64,000 nt of DNA from Candidatus Omnitrophota bacterium (GTDB lineage Bacteria; Omnitrophota; Omnitrophia; Omnitrophales; Aquincolibacteriaceae), in the NCBI GenBank assembly GCA_043732705.1, contig JAYTHE010000006.1:12284-76283 (forward strand), written 5' to 3'. Position numbers and translations under genes: made by a program. A model generated the notes under the pieces. It was not told the DNA's origin. It was given only the letters and a program-made list of their open reading frames with translations, and did no database searches. Within the stretch, counting starts at the first letter, position 1. Each line of letters begins with the position of its first letter. Below are positions 9,538 through 18,414 of this stretch, one piece after another.

Positions 9538-11751
9538 ATGGACAAGAATTATAAGTGGAAAGTTTTGTTTGTTCTTGCGTTGACCGGGCTTGCTGTTTGG
9601 AAAGCCTATCCGCTCGATAAGAAAATCAAGCTCGGTCTTGATTTGCGCGGCGGTATGCAGCTGATGCTGCAAGTGGATATGTCGAAGGTTCCCGAAAAAC
9701 AGCGCGGGGATGTGACTGAGCGTGTTGCCAGTGTGATCCGTAATCGTATCGATGAATTCGGCGTGGTTGAGCCTGAAATTTCCACACAAGGCCAAGATCA
9801 AGTTGTTGTAAAACTTCCCGGCATCACAGACCGCGAACGCGCGATCCAAATTGCCGGCCGAACTGCGCATTTGGAATTCAGAATTGTTTCCGATGAAGCG
9901 CCTGCCCCCGATAAAGACGGAAAAGCAGCCGCGGTTCCCGCGGGTTTTGAATATAAAAAAGTAAAAGACTCCGCAGCGGAAGAACAGCTTTTGCTTGCTA
10001 AAGACGCGGTTTTAACCGGTGAACGCTTGACCACTGCGGCTGTGGGCTTCGATCAATACGGCAAGCCGATGGTTGAATTGAGCTTTGATAAAGAAGGCGC
10101 GAAAATTTTTGACCGGGTTACATTTCAAAATATTGGAAAACGTCTTGCGATTGTGCTTGATGGTGTGATTCATTCTGCGCCCGTGATTCGTGACCGCATT
10201 TCCGGCGGAAACGCTCAAATCTCGGGCGGATTTTCAAACGAAGAAGCCAAGGATTTGGCGCTTGTTTTACGCGCCGGTGCTTTGCCTGCGCCTGTGAAAA
10301 TTGTAGAAGAACGCACGATCGGACCCAGTTTGGGACAGGACTCCGTCCGCAAATCAGTCAAGGCCGCGATTGTCGGCCTCGGAATCGTCGTGGTCTTTAT
10401 GTGTATTTATTATCAGCTCTGCGGTTTGATCGCGAGCGTGGGTCTTTTTGTTTATGCCGTGCTTGTGCTTGGCGCCATGGCGGCCTTCGGCCAAACTTTG
10501 ACTTTGCCTGGTATCGCGGGTTTTATTCTCTCGATCGGTATGGCCGTTGACGCGAACGTTCTTATTTTTGAACGTATGCGCGAAGAATTGGCTTTAGGTA
10601 AAAGTTTACGGGCCGCGATCTCCGTCGGCTATCACAAAGCGTTTAGCGCGATTCTCGATACGCATGTTACAACATTAATCACTTCAGCAATCCTGCTGAT
10701 TTTCGGAACAGGCCCGGTGCGCGGTTTTTCCGTAACTTTGATTATCGGTATTTTGGCGGATTTTATTTCCGCTTTGCTTGTGACGCGCATTATTTTCGAT
10801 TTCATTGCGGCGCGTAACCCCGATTTGAAACTGCATATGATGAATCTTTTCAAGAAACCGAATATTCGCTTTTTGAAAGGCCGGTTTTTTGCTTATGGTT
10901 TTTCTGTCGTCGTGCTTGTGATGGGTATCGCTTCGTATGCGATGCGCGGACAGCAAAGCTACGGCGTCGAATTTACAGGCGGAACTTTTACGCAAATAAA
11001 ATTTGAACAGCCGGTGGATATCGCGCAATTCCGCGCGGAACTCGGCAAAGAAAATCTCGGCAGTTTCACTTTGCAGCAAATCGGCGAAACAGCGGAAAAC
11101 ATGTTTACCGTAAAATTCCCTGGACATGACGTGAAGCCGTTGGAAGCTGCGGCGAAGCGCTTGGCAAAACCCTATAAAGTTTTGCGCGTCGATTTGGTTG
11201 GGCCGAGCGTTAGCAAAGATTTAAAAGAAAAAGCTTTGTGGGCAATTTTTTGGTCATGTGTGGGAATTTTGGTTTATTTGGGATTCCGTTTCCAATTCCA
11301 ACTTTCTTTTGCTGCGGTTGTCGCGCTCATTCACGATACGATTTTCGCGTTCGGGATTTTTATTTTAACCGGACATGAAATCAATCTCCCGATTGTTGCT
11401 GCGGTCTTAACGATTATCGGTTTTTCGGTTAACGATACTGTTGTGACGTTTGACCGTTTACGCGACAATCTTAAGATTATGCGCAAAGAAACATTTGCGG
11501 AAATCGTGGATGCGAGCGTAAATCAAACCTTGGGACGAACGGTTTTGACCACGGGTACGACCATGCTTTCAACGGCCGCGATTTATTTGTTCGGCGGTGC
11601 GGAAATTAAAGATTTCGCGTTCATTCTTTTGATCGGATTCGCGGTCGGTATTTATTCGACCGTATTCGTTGCATCCGCGCTTGTGGTGGATCTTCGCCGC
11701 AGCAAGGCTGCTCCGGCTAAGATTAAACTCGCTTCTAAAAAAGCACTGTAA
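9538..11751 (+). CDS. secDF: Fused protein translocase subunit SecDF
   Basis: LGLDLRGG, GMAVDANVLIFER, GVEFTGG and GFSVNDTVVTFDR. Confidence 0.96.
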   Translation: MDKNYKWKVLFVLALTGLAVWKAYPLDKKIKLGLDLRGGMQLMLQVDMSKVPEKQRGDVTERVASVIRNRIDEFGVVEPEISTQGQDQVVVKLPGITDRERAIQIAGRTAHLEFRIVSDEAPAPDKDGKAAAVPAGFEYKKVKDSAAEEQLLLAKDAVLTGERLTTAAVGFDQYGKPMVELSFDKEGAKIFDRVTFQNIGKRLAIVLDGVIHSAPVIRDRISGGNAQISGGFSNEEAKDLALVLRAGALPAPVKIVEERTIGPSLGQDSVRKSVKAAIVGLGIVVVFMCIYYQLCGLIASVGLFVYAVLVLGAMAAFGQTLTLPGIAGFILSIGMAVDANVLIFERMREELALGKSLRAAISVGYHKAFSAILDTHVTTLITSAILLIFGTGPVRGFSVTLIIGILADFISALLVTRIIFDFIAARNPDLKLHMMNLFKKPNIRFLKGRFFAYGFSVVVLVMGIASYAMRGQQSYGVEFTGGTFTQIKFEQPVDIAQFRAELGKENLGSFTLQQIGETAENMFTVKFPGHDVKPLEAAAKRLAKPYKVLRVDLVGPSVSKDLKEKALWAIFWSCVGILVYLGFRFQFQLSFAAVVALIHDTIFAFGIFILTGHEINLPIVAAVLTIIGFSVNDTVVTFDRLRDNLKIMRKETFAEIVDASVNQTLGRTVLTTGTTMLSTAAIYLFGGAEIKDFAFILLIGFAVGIYSTVFVASALVVDLRRSKAAPAKIKLASKKAL

Positions 11752-11800
11752 ATTTTTGCTCTGCGCCTTCGGCGCAACCGCAACTTTCGCAGTAAAAAGT

Positions 11801-11834
11801 AAAGGAGTCAGACACATGGGTGTCTGACTCCTTT
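11801..11834. terminator. Perfect 15-bp hairpin after secDF (terminator or REP)
   Basis: AAAGGAGTCAGACAC-ATGG-GTGTCTGACTCCTTT. Confidence 0.6.
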
Positions 11835-11858
11835 GTTATTTATGGTAAACTACGCGGC

Positions 11859-13505
11859 ATGACGAATTCAATTTCCACATTCACTCCTTCTGCGCTGCTT
11901 CTTAAAATTCTGGAAAAAAAGGGACTGACTGATCCAGATTCAATTCGTGAGTATTTATCGCCGCAATTGTCTTCTTTATTCGATCCTTTGCGCATGAAAG
12001 GTATGGCCGAAGCCGTTGAACGGATCCGCCGCGCGGTTTTAAGCCGGGACCCCATTCTGGTGCACGGAGACTACGATGTAGACGGTATTACGGGCACGGC
12101 GGTCGTGGCGCGTTTACTGGAGAAGCTTGGCGCACAATTTACTACTTTTCTTCCCGAACGCGAACGTGATGGCTATGGGGTTAGTTCACGGGCTATTCGC
12201 GAAGGCGCGGCGGCGGGAACCAAGATTTTAATTACGGTTGATTGCGGAGTTGCAGCAACGGAACAGGTGAAACTAGCGCGGGAATTGGGACTTGATGTGA
12301 TCGTGATTGACCATCATCGTATTCCCGCTTCGGGTGTTCCGAATGCCAATATCATTTTGAATCCTTTACAGGAAGATTGCCCTTATCCGTTTAAAGAGCT
12401 GTCCGCGGCCGGACTTGCGTTTAAATTGGCGCAGGCTTTTTTAGGCGACGACGCGTTTGAGTTTTTGGATTTGGCCGCGTTGTCCACAATCAGCGATGTC
12501 GCGCCGCTGTGCTCGGAAAACCGTGTGATCGTTAAAAAAGGCTTGGAAGTGATCGCGGCTCAAAAAAAAGCCGGCATCGCGGCTTTGATCGCGGTATCAA
12601 AAATCCGAGGTTCTAAAATCGGCGTAACCCAAGTGGCTTTTCAGCTTGCACCGAGAATTAATGCCGCGGGGCGCATGGGTTCGCCCGATTCCGCTTTGCG
12701 TTTGCTTTTAACTGAATCATTGAAAGAGGCTTCAAGTCTCGCCAATATTTTGGAAAGTGAAAATGAAGAACGCAAATTAATTGAACGCCGCTGTACCAAA
12801 GAAGCGATTGAATGGGTCGAAAGGAATGCTAATTTTAACCGCGATAAAGTGCTGGTCGCGGCGTCAGAAAGTTGGCATGTCGGCGTCATCGGAATTGTAG
12901 CGGCGCGTCTCGTTGATAAGTTTCACCGTCCGTCGATTGTAATCGGGTTTCAAAACGGAGTGGGTAAGGGGTCGGGAAGATCGATTCCCGGTTTTAACTT
13001 GTTTCATGCTTTGCAGTATTCCAAGGAGACATTGAAAGAATCCGGTGGACACGCGCAAGCCGCCGGCCTTTCGATTGAGCCGAAACAGGTGGATGCGTTT
13101 CGCGCTAAAATTAATGCTTACGCCGTTGAAAATCTGGACGCGAAACATCTTTCTAAACGAATTGAAGCTGATTTAGAAATAGAGTTGAGTGATTTGAGTG
13201 ATCAGCTGCTATCCGAACTTGAATGGCTGGAGCCGCATGGCGCGGGCAATCCCGCCCCGCGATTTTTAACGCGCGGACTAAAAATTATTTCTAATCCCAG
13301 AAAGTCACCGATCGGAATTTATGAAGCCGTTGTTAGCGATGGCAAAGAAAAAGGGATGATGCATTTCAAAGAAGATGACTATTTAAAGTTGATTGGATTA
13401 CCCAAGGACGGAACGTTTGAAGCGGTATATGAAGTCCGGAAAAAGTCCTGGAACGGAATCGACAGCATTGTTTTTTCTGCAAAACAAATAGACCTTACGC
13501 TGTAA
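11859..13505 (+). CDS. recJ: Single-stranded-DNA-specific exonuclease RecJ
   Basis: GDYDVDG, DHH, PRINAAGR and GSGRS motifs. Start re-called to ATG 11859. Confidence 0.95.
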   Translation: MTNSISTFTPSALLLKILEKKGLTDPDSIREYLSPQLSSLFDPLRMKGMAEAVERIRRAVLSRDPILVHGDYDVDGITGTAVVARLLEKLGAQFTTFLPERERDGYGVSSRAIREGAAAGTKILITVDCGVAATEQVKLARELGLDVIVIDHHRIPASGVPNANIILNPLQEDCPYPFKELSAAGLAFKLAQAFLGDDAFEFLDLAALSTISDVAPLCSENRVIVKKGLEVIAAQKKAGIAALIAVSKIRGSKIGVTQVAFQLAPRINAAGRMGSPDSALRLLLTESLKEASSLANILESENEERKLIERRCTKEAIEWVERNANFNRDKVLVAASESWHVGVIGIVAARLVDKFHRPSIVIGFQNGVGKGSGRSIPGFNLFHALQYSKETLKESGGHAQAAGLSIEPKQVDAFRAKINAYAVENLDAKHLSKRIEADLEIELSDLSDQLLSELEWLEPHGAGNPAPRFLTRGLKIISNPRKSPIGIYEAVVSDGKEKGMMHFKEDDYLKLIGLPKDGTFEAVYEVRKKSWNGIDSIVFSAKQIDLTL

Positions 13506-13603
13506 TATTTTTCTCTGCGCCAGCGGCATCAATTTTTTTCTGGGCTTTGCCCAACCCCATCCGCGATTGAGCAAGCTCAGAGCTAATATAAAACTGTAAA
13601 AAG

Positions 13604-13635
13604 AAAAGCCCCCATTTTTCAATGGGGGCTTTTTT
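13604..13635. terminator. Bidirectional intrinsic terminator between the convergent recJ and rpmB
   Basis: AAAAGCCCCCATT-TTTC-AATGGGGGCTTTTTT. Confidence 0.85.
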
Positions 13636-13675
13636 GTGTCGATTGCGTCCTCAGACGCAGGCCAAATATGGATCG

Positions 13676-13942
13676 TTATGCTGCAGCGGCTTCTTTAGTA
13701 TAGAGGCGGCGGGGCGGCGCTTTTCTGACTTTGCCCGCTTGAATGCAACTCGTGCAAACCTTAATGGCTTTCACTGAACCGGAAGCGAGAATGGCGCGTA
13801 CTTTCTGCAAATTCGGCAGAAAGCGGCGGCGGGTAATACCGGTCGTTTTCTTACCGATACCGCCTGATTTCTTTGAAAGACCGCGGCGCGCGATCGAATT
13901 TCCAACAATGGGTTTTTTTCCGCAAATTGCACATGTCTTCAC
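13676..13942 (-). CDS. rpmB: 50S ribosomal protein L28 (zinc-binding type)
   Basis: CAICGK..GN, TRRRFLPNLQ and VCTSC; GGAG Shine-Dalgarno before a GTG start. Confidence 0.96.
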   Translation of the reverse strand: MKTCAICGKKPIVGNSIARRGLSKKSGGIGKKTTGITRRRFLPNLQKVRAILASGSVKAIKVCTSCIQAGKVRKAPPRRLYTKEAAAA

Positions 13943-14107
13943 TGTAATACTCCACTTAATTTAAGCCCCGCTGCTCAAACAGTCCTCGCTTCGCTGCGGA
14001 ACTCGCATCGACGCTTAAACAATGTTCCGTAGGGGCATTGCCCTTTACCTGCGGCAAAGGGCGATTCGAAGTTTGCTGGTCGCAAACTCGCTTACAAAGG
14101 AAGCGTC

Positions 14108-14157
14108 ATTATAGGAATCCATTCACGCTTGGCAAGTGCTTTTTTCTGGGCTATACT
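14108..14157. promoter_or_regulatory. Overlapping divergent sigma70-type promoters (rpmB on -, glycogen genes on +)
   Basis: On +: TTGGCA(14129)-17-TATACT(14152). On -: TTGCCA-16-TATAAT(14108-14113). Confidence 0.65.
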
Positions 14158-14191
14158 CCGACTCCATTTTAAAAAAATCCGGAGGCATTTT

Positions 14192-14506
14192 ATGGCAACT
14201 CGAACCGCGTCGAAAAAAGCTCCTGTCAAGGCGCCCAAGCTTAAGATTCAGAAGACAATTTTTAAGTATTTTGCGCCTGAAGCCAAAGAAGTTTGCCTGG
14301 CTGGGACATTTAATCAATGGCTTGATAAAGACCTTTTCCTTAAAAAGGACAAAGAAGGCTATTGGAAGACTTCCATGCCCCTTGGCGAAGGACGTTATGA
14401 GTACCGCTATATTGTCGATGGAAACTGGACCAATGCCCAGGAGCAGCTCGAGGCTGTTCCGAATTCCTTTGGAACGTGGAATACGGTTCTCCAAATTCAG
14501 AACTAA
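14192..14506 (+). CDS. Glycogen-binding (CBM48/AMPK-beta-like) small protein
   Basis: APEAKEVCLAGTFNQW...GRYEYRYIVDGNW...NSFG; GGAGG Shine-Dalgarno; adjacent to glgA. Confidence 0.88.
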   Translation: MATRTASKKAPVKAPKLKIQKTIFKYFAPEAKEVCLAGTFNQWLDKDLFLKKDKEGYWKTSMPLGEGRYEYRYIVDGNWTNAQEQLEAVPNSFGTWNTVLQIQN

Positions 14507-14526
14507 GATTACTTATATGAATGAAT

Positions 14527-14626
14527 GCCGTTAGACTCTTAACCTACACTGTTATGAATATATATAAACTAAAGCTTGAAAAATTGCGCAACTATGCTTG
14601 TTGCTATTTGAAGAGAGTCTAACAGG
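14527..14626. mobile_element. MITE-like element (family B) at the glgA start codon
   Basis: CCGTTAGACTCT ... AGAGTCTAACAGG, flanked by ATGAAT and ATGAAA. Confidence 0.8.
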
Positions 14627-16093
14627 ATGAAAATTGTTCATGTCGCTTCCGAATTCGGGAAATTTGCGAAAACAGGCGGTTTGGCCGATGTTACTTCCTC
14701 TTTAACGGATGCCTTGGCCGGGCTGGGGCATGAGGTTTCTGTTTTTTTGCCGCGTTATCGTTTTTCCGATAAAGTGACAACGGGTTTTAAGAAAGTCATT
14801 GATGCGCTCGATGTCACCATCGGCCATCAAAAAGAAAAGGGCGCGGTTTATTCCGGCAAGCTTGAATCGGGAGTCACCGTTTACCTGATTGACCACCCCG
14901 AGTTTTTTACCCGCGAATTTATCTACGGAACCTACACCGGCGATTATGCCGACAATGACCGCCGCTTTACTTTTTTTCAGCGCGCAGTTTTGACAGCGAT
15001 TGATAAACTCGCACTGGATCCCGAGATTATTCATTGCCACGATTGGCAAACAGGCTTGATTCCGGTTTATTTGAAGAACCGTGATTTTCGCGGCGGGCGA
15101 TTTAAAAAAATCAGAACTGTTTTCACGGTGCATAACCTTGCCTATCAAGGTAATTTTCCGCCTGATTCGTTGCCCGTAACGGGGCTGGGTTGGGAGCATT
15201 TCCGGTTTGATTTATTGGAATTTTACGGCAAGGTCAGTTTTATTAAAGGCGGACTTGTTTTTGCCGATGCGGTGACAACTGTGAGTGAACGCTACGCGCG
15301 CGAAATTCAAACCAAAGAATTTGGCTGCGGGCTGGATGCTGTTTTACGCGAGCGCGCGCTTGATTTGCATGGCATTGTAAACGGTATTAATCCGGAAGAG
15401 TGGAATCCGGCGGGCGAAACCGGCTTAGCGGCCAATTTTTCAGCCTCAAGCCTTGCGGGTAAGGCCACATGCAAGCAAGCGCTTCAGCGCGACAATGAAT
15501 TTGTGCCAGATGAAAAAATTCCGGTGTTTGCTTTTGTGTCCCGTTTGGTTTCGCAAAAGGGCCTAGATATTTTGATTCCGGCTTTTGAAGCGCTCGCGGG
15601 GATGGAAATTCAGCTTTTGGTTTTAGGAACAGGTGAAGAGCGTTATCACCAGGCTTTGCGCGACCTTGCGAAAAAGAACCGCGAATGGCTCAAAGTACAT
15701 ATTGTTTTTGATCCCGCGACGGCAAAGCAAATGTATTCCGGTAGTGATTTCTTTTTGCTGCCCTCGCTGTATGAACCTTGCGGCTTAGGGCAAATGATCG
15801 CTTTGCGATACGGAACCATTCCCGTGGTGCGCGAAATCGGCGGCCTGGCGGATACGGTGACCGAATTTAACCCTGTTTCATGCACCGGGAACGGCTTTGT
15901 TTTTCAGGAATATAAGGCCGAGGCGCTGATTGACGCCGTGCGCCGTGCGGTTAAAGTTTTTAAAAAGAAAAAAGAGTGGCAGCAGCTGCAGCAAAACGCT
16001 TTTGCCTGTGATTTTTCGTGGGAAGCTTCCGCCAAAAAGTACGTTGAGCTTTATAAAAACGTTAAGCCGATCAAGGTAAAACTTGAGAAGTAA
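14627..16093 (+). CDS. glgA: Glycogen synthase
   Basis: KTGGLADV, HCHDWQTG, TVHNLAYQG and PSLYEPCGL. Confidence 0.97.
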   Translation: MKIVHVASEFGKFAKTGGLADVTSSLTDALAGLGHEVSVFLPRYRFSDKVTTGFKKVIDALDVTIGHQKEKGAVYSGKLESGVTVYLIDHPEFFTREFIYGTYTGDYADNDRRFTFFQRAVLTAIDKLALDPEIIHCHDWQTGLIPVYLKNRDFRGGRFKKIRTVFTVHNLAYQGNFPPDSLPVTGLGWEHFRFDLLEFYGKVSFIKGGLVFADAVTTVSERYAREIQTKEFGCGLDAVLRERALDLHGIVNGINPEEWNPAGETGLAANFSASSLAGKATCKQALQRDNEFVPDEKIPVFAFVSRLVSQKGLDILIPAFEALAGMEIQLLVLGTGEERYHQALRDLAKKNREWLKVHIVFDPATAKQMYSGSDFFLLPSLYEPCGLGQMIALRYGTIPVVREIGGLADTVTEFNPVSCTGNGFVFQEYKAEALIDAVRRAVKVFKKKKEWQQLQQNAFACDFSWEASAKKYVELYKNVKPIKVKLEK

Positions 16094-16221
16094 GCTCTAA
16101 GCACGAAACCCTAAATCATAAATAAATTCCAATGATTGAAATCCAAAAGCGTGTCTTTGAGTCATTGAAATTTGTTGCTTTGTGTTTATTTAGAATTTAG
16201 ATATTAGGATTTGGGATTTAA
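16091..16221. repeat. Heptamer-periodic inverted repeat (family C)
   Basis: AAGCTCT AAGCACG AAACCCT AAATCAT mirrored by TAGAATT TAGATAT TAGGATT TGGGATT. Confidence 0.75.
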
Positions 16222-16311
16222 ATATGTCTAACGATATTTTAAAAATCGGCTGGTTATATTTGCGCCTCTCGACAAGGCTCGAGGCGCGGCTGCAATTATT
16301 TGAGAGCAAGC

Positions 16312-17085
16312 ATGAGTGATATGCTAAAAATCGGAAAATTTGAGATTCGTTCCCGGCTTTTGATCGGTACGGGGAAGTATCCGTCTTTCGAAGTGATGCG
16401 CGAAGCGCATATCGCCGCCGGCGTGGATATGGTGACGCTTGCGACCGCACGTTTTGATTTATCAAACAGGAAAGAAAAAAACATTCTTGATTTTATTGAT
16501 CAAAAGAAAATTAAAATTCTTCCGAATACAGCCGGCGCTTATACCGTAAAAGACGCGGTGCGCATTGCCTGCCTGGCGCGTGAAGCTGGAATGGGCGAGT
16601 TGGTAAAACTCGAAGTGATCGGCGATCCAAAAACTTTGATGCCGGATGTTGTCGGCTTGATTGAAGCAACCCGTGAATTGGTGAAAGACGGTTTCACGGT
16701 CATGCCTTATACAAGTGATGATTTGGTCGTGGCAAAAAAACTAGTCGATGCGGGCGCGGCCTGCGTCATGCCGCTTGCGGCGCCGATTGGCTCGGGGCGC
16801 GGCATTCAAAATAAATTAGCCTTAAAACTTTTAATCGAGGCGGTGGATTGCCCCGTGATTATTGACGCAGGCGTCGGTACGGCATCCGATGCGGCGATTG
16901 CCATGGAGCTCGGCGCCGATGGCGTTCTTCTCAATACGGCGATTGCCGAAGCAAAAGATCCGGTTTTAATGGCGCAAGCGATGAAGGAAGCGGTGAGCGC
17001 CGGCCGTAAAGCATTTCAAGCGGGACGAATGGCTATTAGGGATTACGCTTCAGCTTCATCACCCCAACAAGGCTTAAAAGTCTGA
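16312..17085 (+). CDS. thiG: Thiazole synthase
   Basis: SRLLIGTGKY, LPNTAG, KLEVIGD, MPLAAPIGSG and DAGVGTASDA. Confidence 0.96.
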   Translation: MSDMLKIGKFEIRSRLLIGTGKYPSFEVMREAHIAAGVDMVTLATARFDLSNRKEKNILDFIDQKKIKILPNTAGAYTVKDAVRIACLAREAGMGELVKLEVIGDPKTLMPDVVGLIEATRELVKDGFTVMPYTSDDLVVAKKLVDAGAACVMPLAAPIGSGRGIQNKLALKLLIEAVDCPVIIDAGVGTASDAAIAMELGADGVLLNTAIAEAKDPVLMAQAMKEAVSAGRKAFQAGRMAIRDYASASSPQQGLKV

Positions 17086-17221
17086 TGAAAAATTCCATCT
17101 ACTGCGTTACAAGCTTCACAGCGGTTCGCTTGCGAATCGCCAAACGATTCATAGGCTTGTGCGGCGTATTTCTGCATACGCCTCCGCGGGCACTCGCTTG
17201 CGCCTTGTATTTGATCAAACT
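17079..17221 (+). repeat. Structured dispersed repeat (family A)
   Basis: CATCTACTGCGTT...TTGTGCGGCGTA-N8-TACGCCTCCGC...CGCCTTGTAT. Confidence 0.8.
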
Positions 17222-17243
17222 ATAAGAAACAGGAAGGTTTGTT

Positions 17244-18317
17244 GTGTATAAAATCGCATTATTGCCGGGCGACGGCATTGGTCTCGAAGTTACGGAACAA
17301 GTTGTAAAAATTTTAAAAAAACTGCAATCCGAATTTCATATTGTTTTTGAAACCGAAAAATATTTGATTGGCGGGTGCTCGATTGATGCGCATGGCGAAC
17401 CTTTGACGGATGAAACGCTCGCTAAAATTAAAAAAGCGGATGCAGTTTTTCTTGGCGCGGTCGGCGGACCCAAATGGGATAATCTTGAATCGGCGAAACG
17501 CCCGGAAAAAGGATTGTTGAAGCTGCGCAAAGGTTTGAATGCTTACGCCAACGTTCGTCCGGTCAAAATGTTTGACGCGCTGGTTCAACGATCTTCCTTA
17601 AAACCTGAAATTGTGAAGGGGCTCGACTTCGTCATTTTACGCGAATTGGTGAGCGGAATTTATTTCGGCGAACCGCGCGGGTTCAAAAAAAACGCAGCGG
17701 GTGAAGAACAGGGTTTCAATACCATGATTTACTCCGAATCCGAAGTCGAACGCATTGCGAAAAAAGCATTTGAAATCGCGCGTAAGCGAAAAAAAATCGT
17801 CACTTCGGTAGATAAAGCAAATGTGCTCGAAGTTTCCCAGCTTTGGCGCAAAGTTGTTGAGCGTGTTCACAAACAATATCCGGACGTTCAGTTGAATCAC
17901 CGTTATGTGGATGATTGCGCGATGCAGTTTATCCGCGATCCAAAGCAATTTGACGTTGTTGTTACCGGAAATTTATTCGGAGATATTTTAAGTGATGAAG
18001 CTGCGATGCTCACGGGTTCGATTGGCATGCTGCCGTCAGCTTCGCTTGGCGACACGATCGGCCTTTATGAGCCGGTGCATGGTTCCGCACCTGATATCGC
18101 GGGCCAGGACAAAGCTAATCCCTTGGCATCGATTTTGACTCTGGCCATGATGCTGGAGTCGAGCTTTAATTTGTTTGATTTATCGGATAAATTAGTTAAA
18201 GCCGTTGAGTCTGTTTTGACCGAAGGCTACCGTACCGGTGATATTTTTACTGAAGGTTCGAAACTTGTCAGCTGTTCCAAAATGGGCGATTTGATCGCGG
18301 AACGGATTAAAAAATGA
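17244..18317 (+). CDS. leuB: 3-isopropylmalate dehydrogenase
   Basis: LPGDGIG, GAVGGPKW, VDKANVL, NLFGDILSD and EPVHGSAPDIAG. Confidence 0.97.
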   Translation: MYKIALLPGDGIGLEVTEQVVKILKKLQSEFHIVFETEKYLIGGCSIDAHGEPLTDETLAKIKKADAVFLGAVGGPKWDNLESAKRPEKGLLKLRKGLNAYANVRPVKMFDALVQRSSLKPEIVKGLDFVILRELVSGIYFGEPRGFKKNAAGEEQGFNTMIYSESEVERIAKKAFEIARKRKKIVTSVDKANVLEVSQLWRKVVERVHKQYPDVQLNHRYVDDCAMQFIRDPKQFDVVVTGNLFGDILSDEAAMLTGSIGMLPSASLGDTIGLYEPVHGSAPDIAGQDKANPLASILTLAMMLESSFNLFDLSDKLVKAVESVLTEGYRTGDIFTEGSKLVSCSKMGDLIAERIKK

Positions 18318-18328
18318 CATGCAAAGCA

Positions 18329-18391
18329 TGTCATCCCGTAAAACGAACGAAGTGAGTTTATACGGGATCTAGATTCCCATTTTCGCGGGAT
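18329..18391. repeat. Degenerate REP-like double palindrome (family E)
   Basis: TGTCATCCCGTA...TACGGGATCTAGATTCCC...GCGGGA; resembles 42896-42967. Confidence 0.55.
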
Positions 18392-18414
18392 TTTTTTGAT
18401 TTTAAAAGGATTTT

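Noticed and set aside
16094-16311. TPP riboswitch upstream of thiG
   Set aside because: There is no CTGAGA-type core, and the region is explained by a heptamer repeat and a duplicated start.
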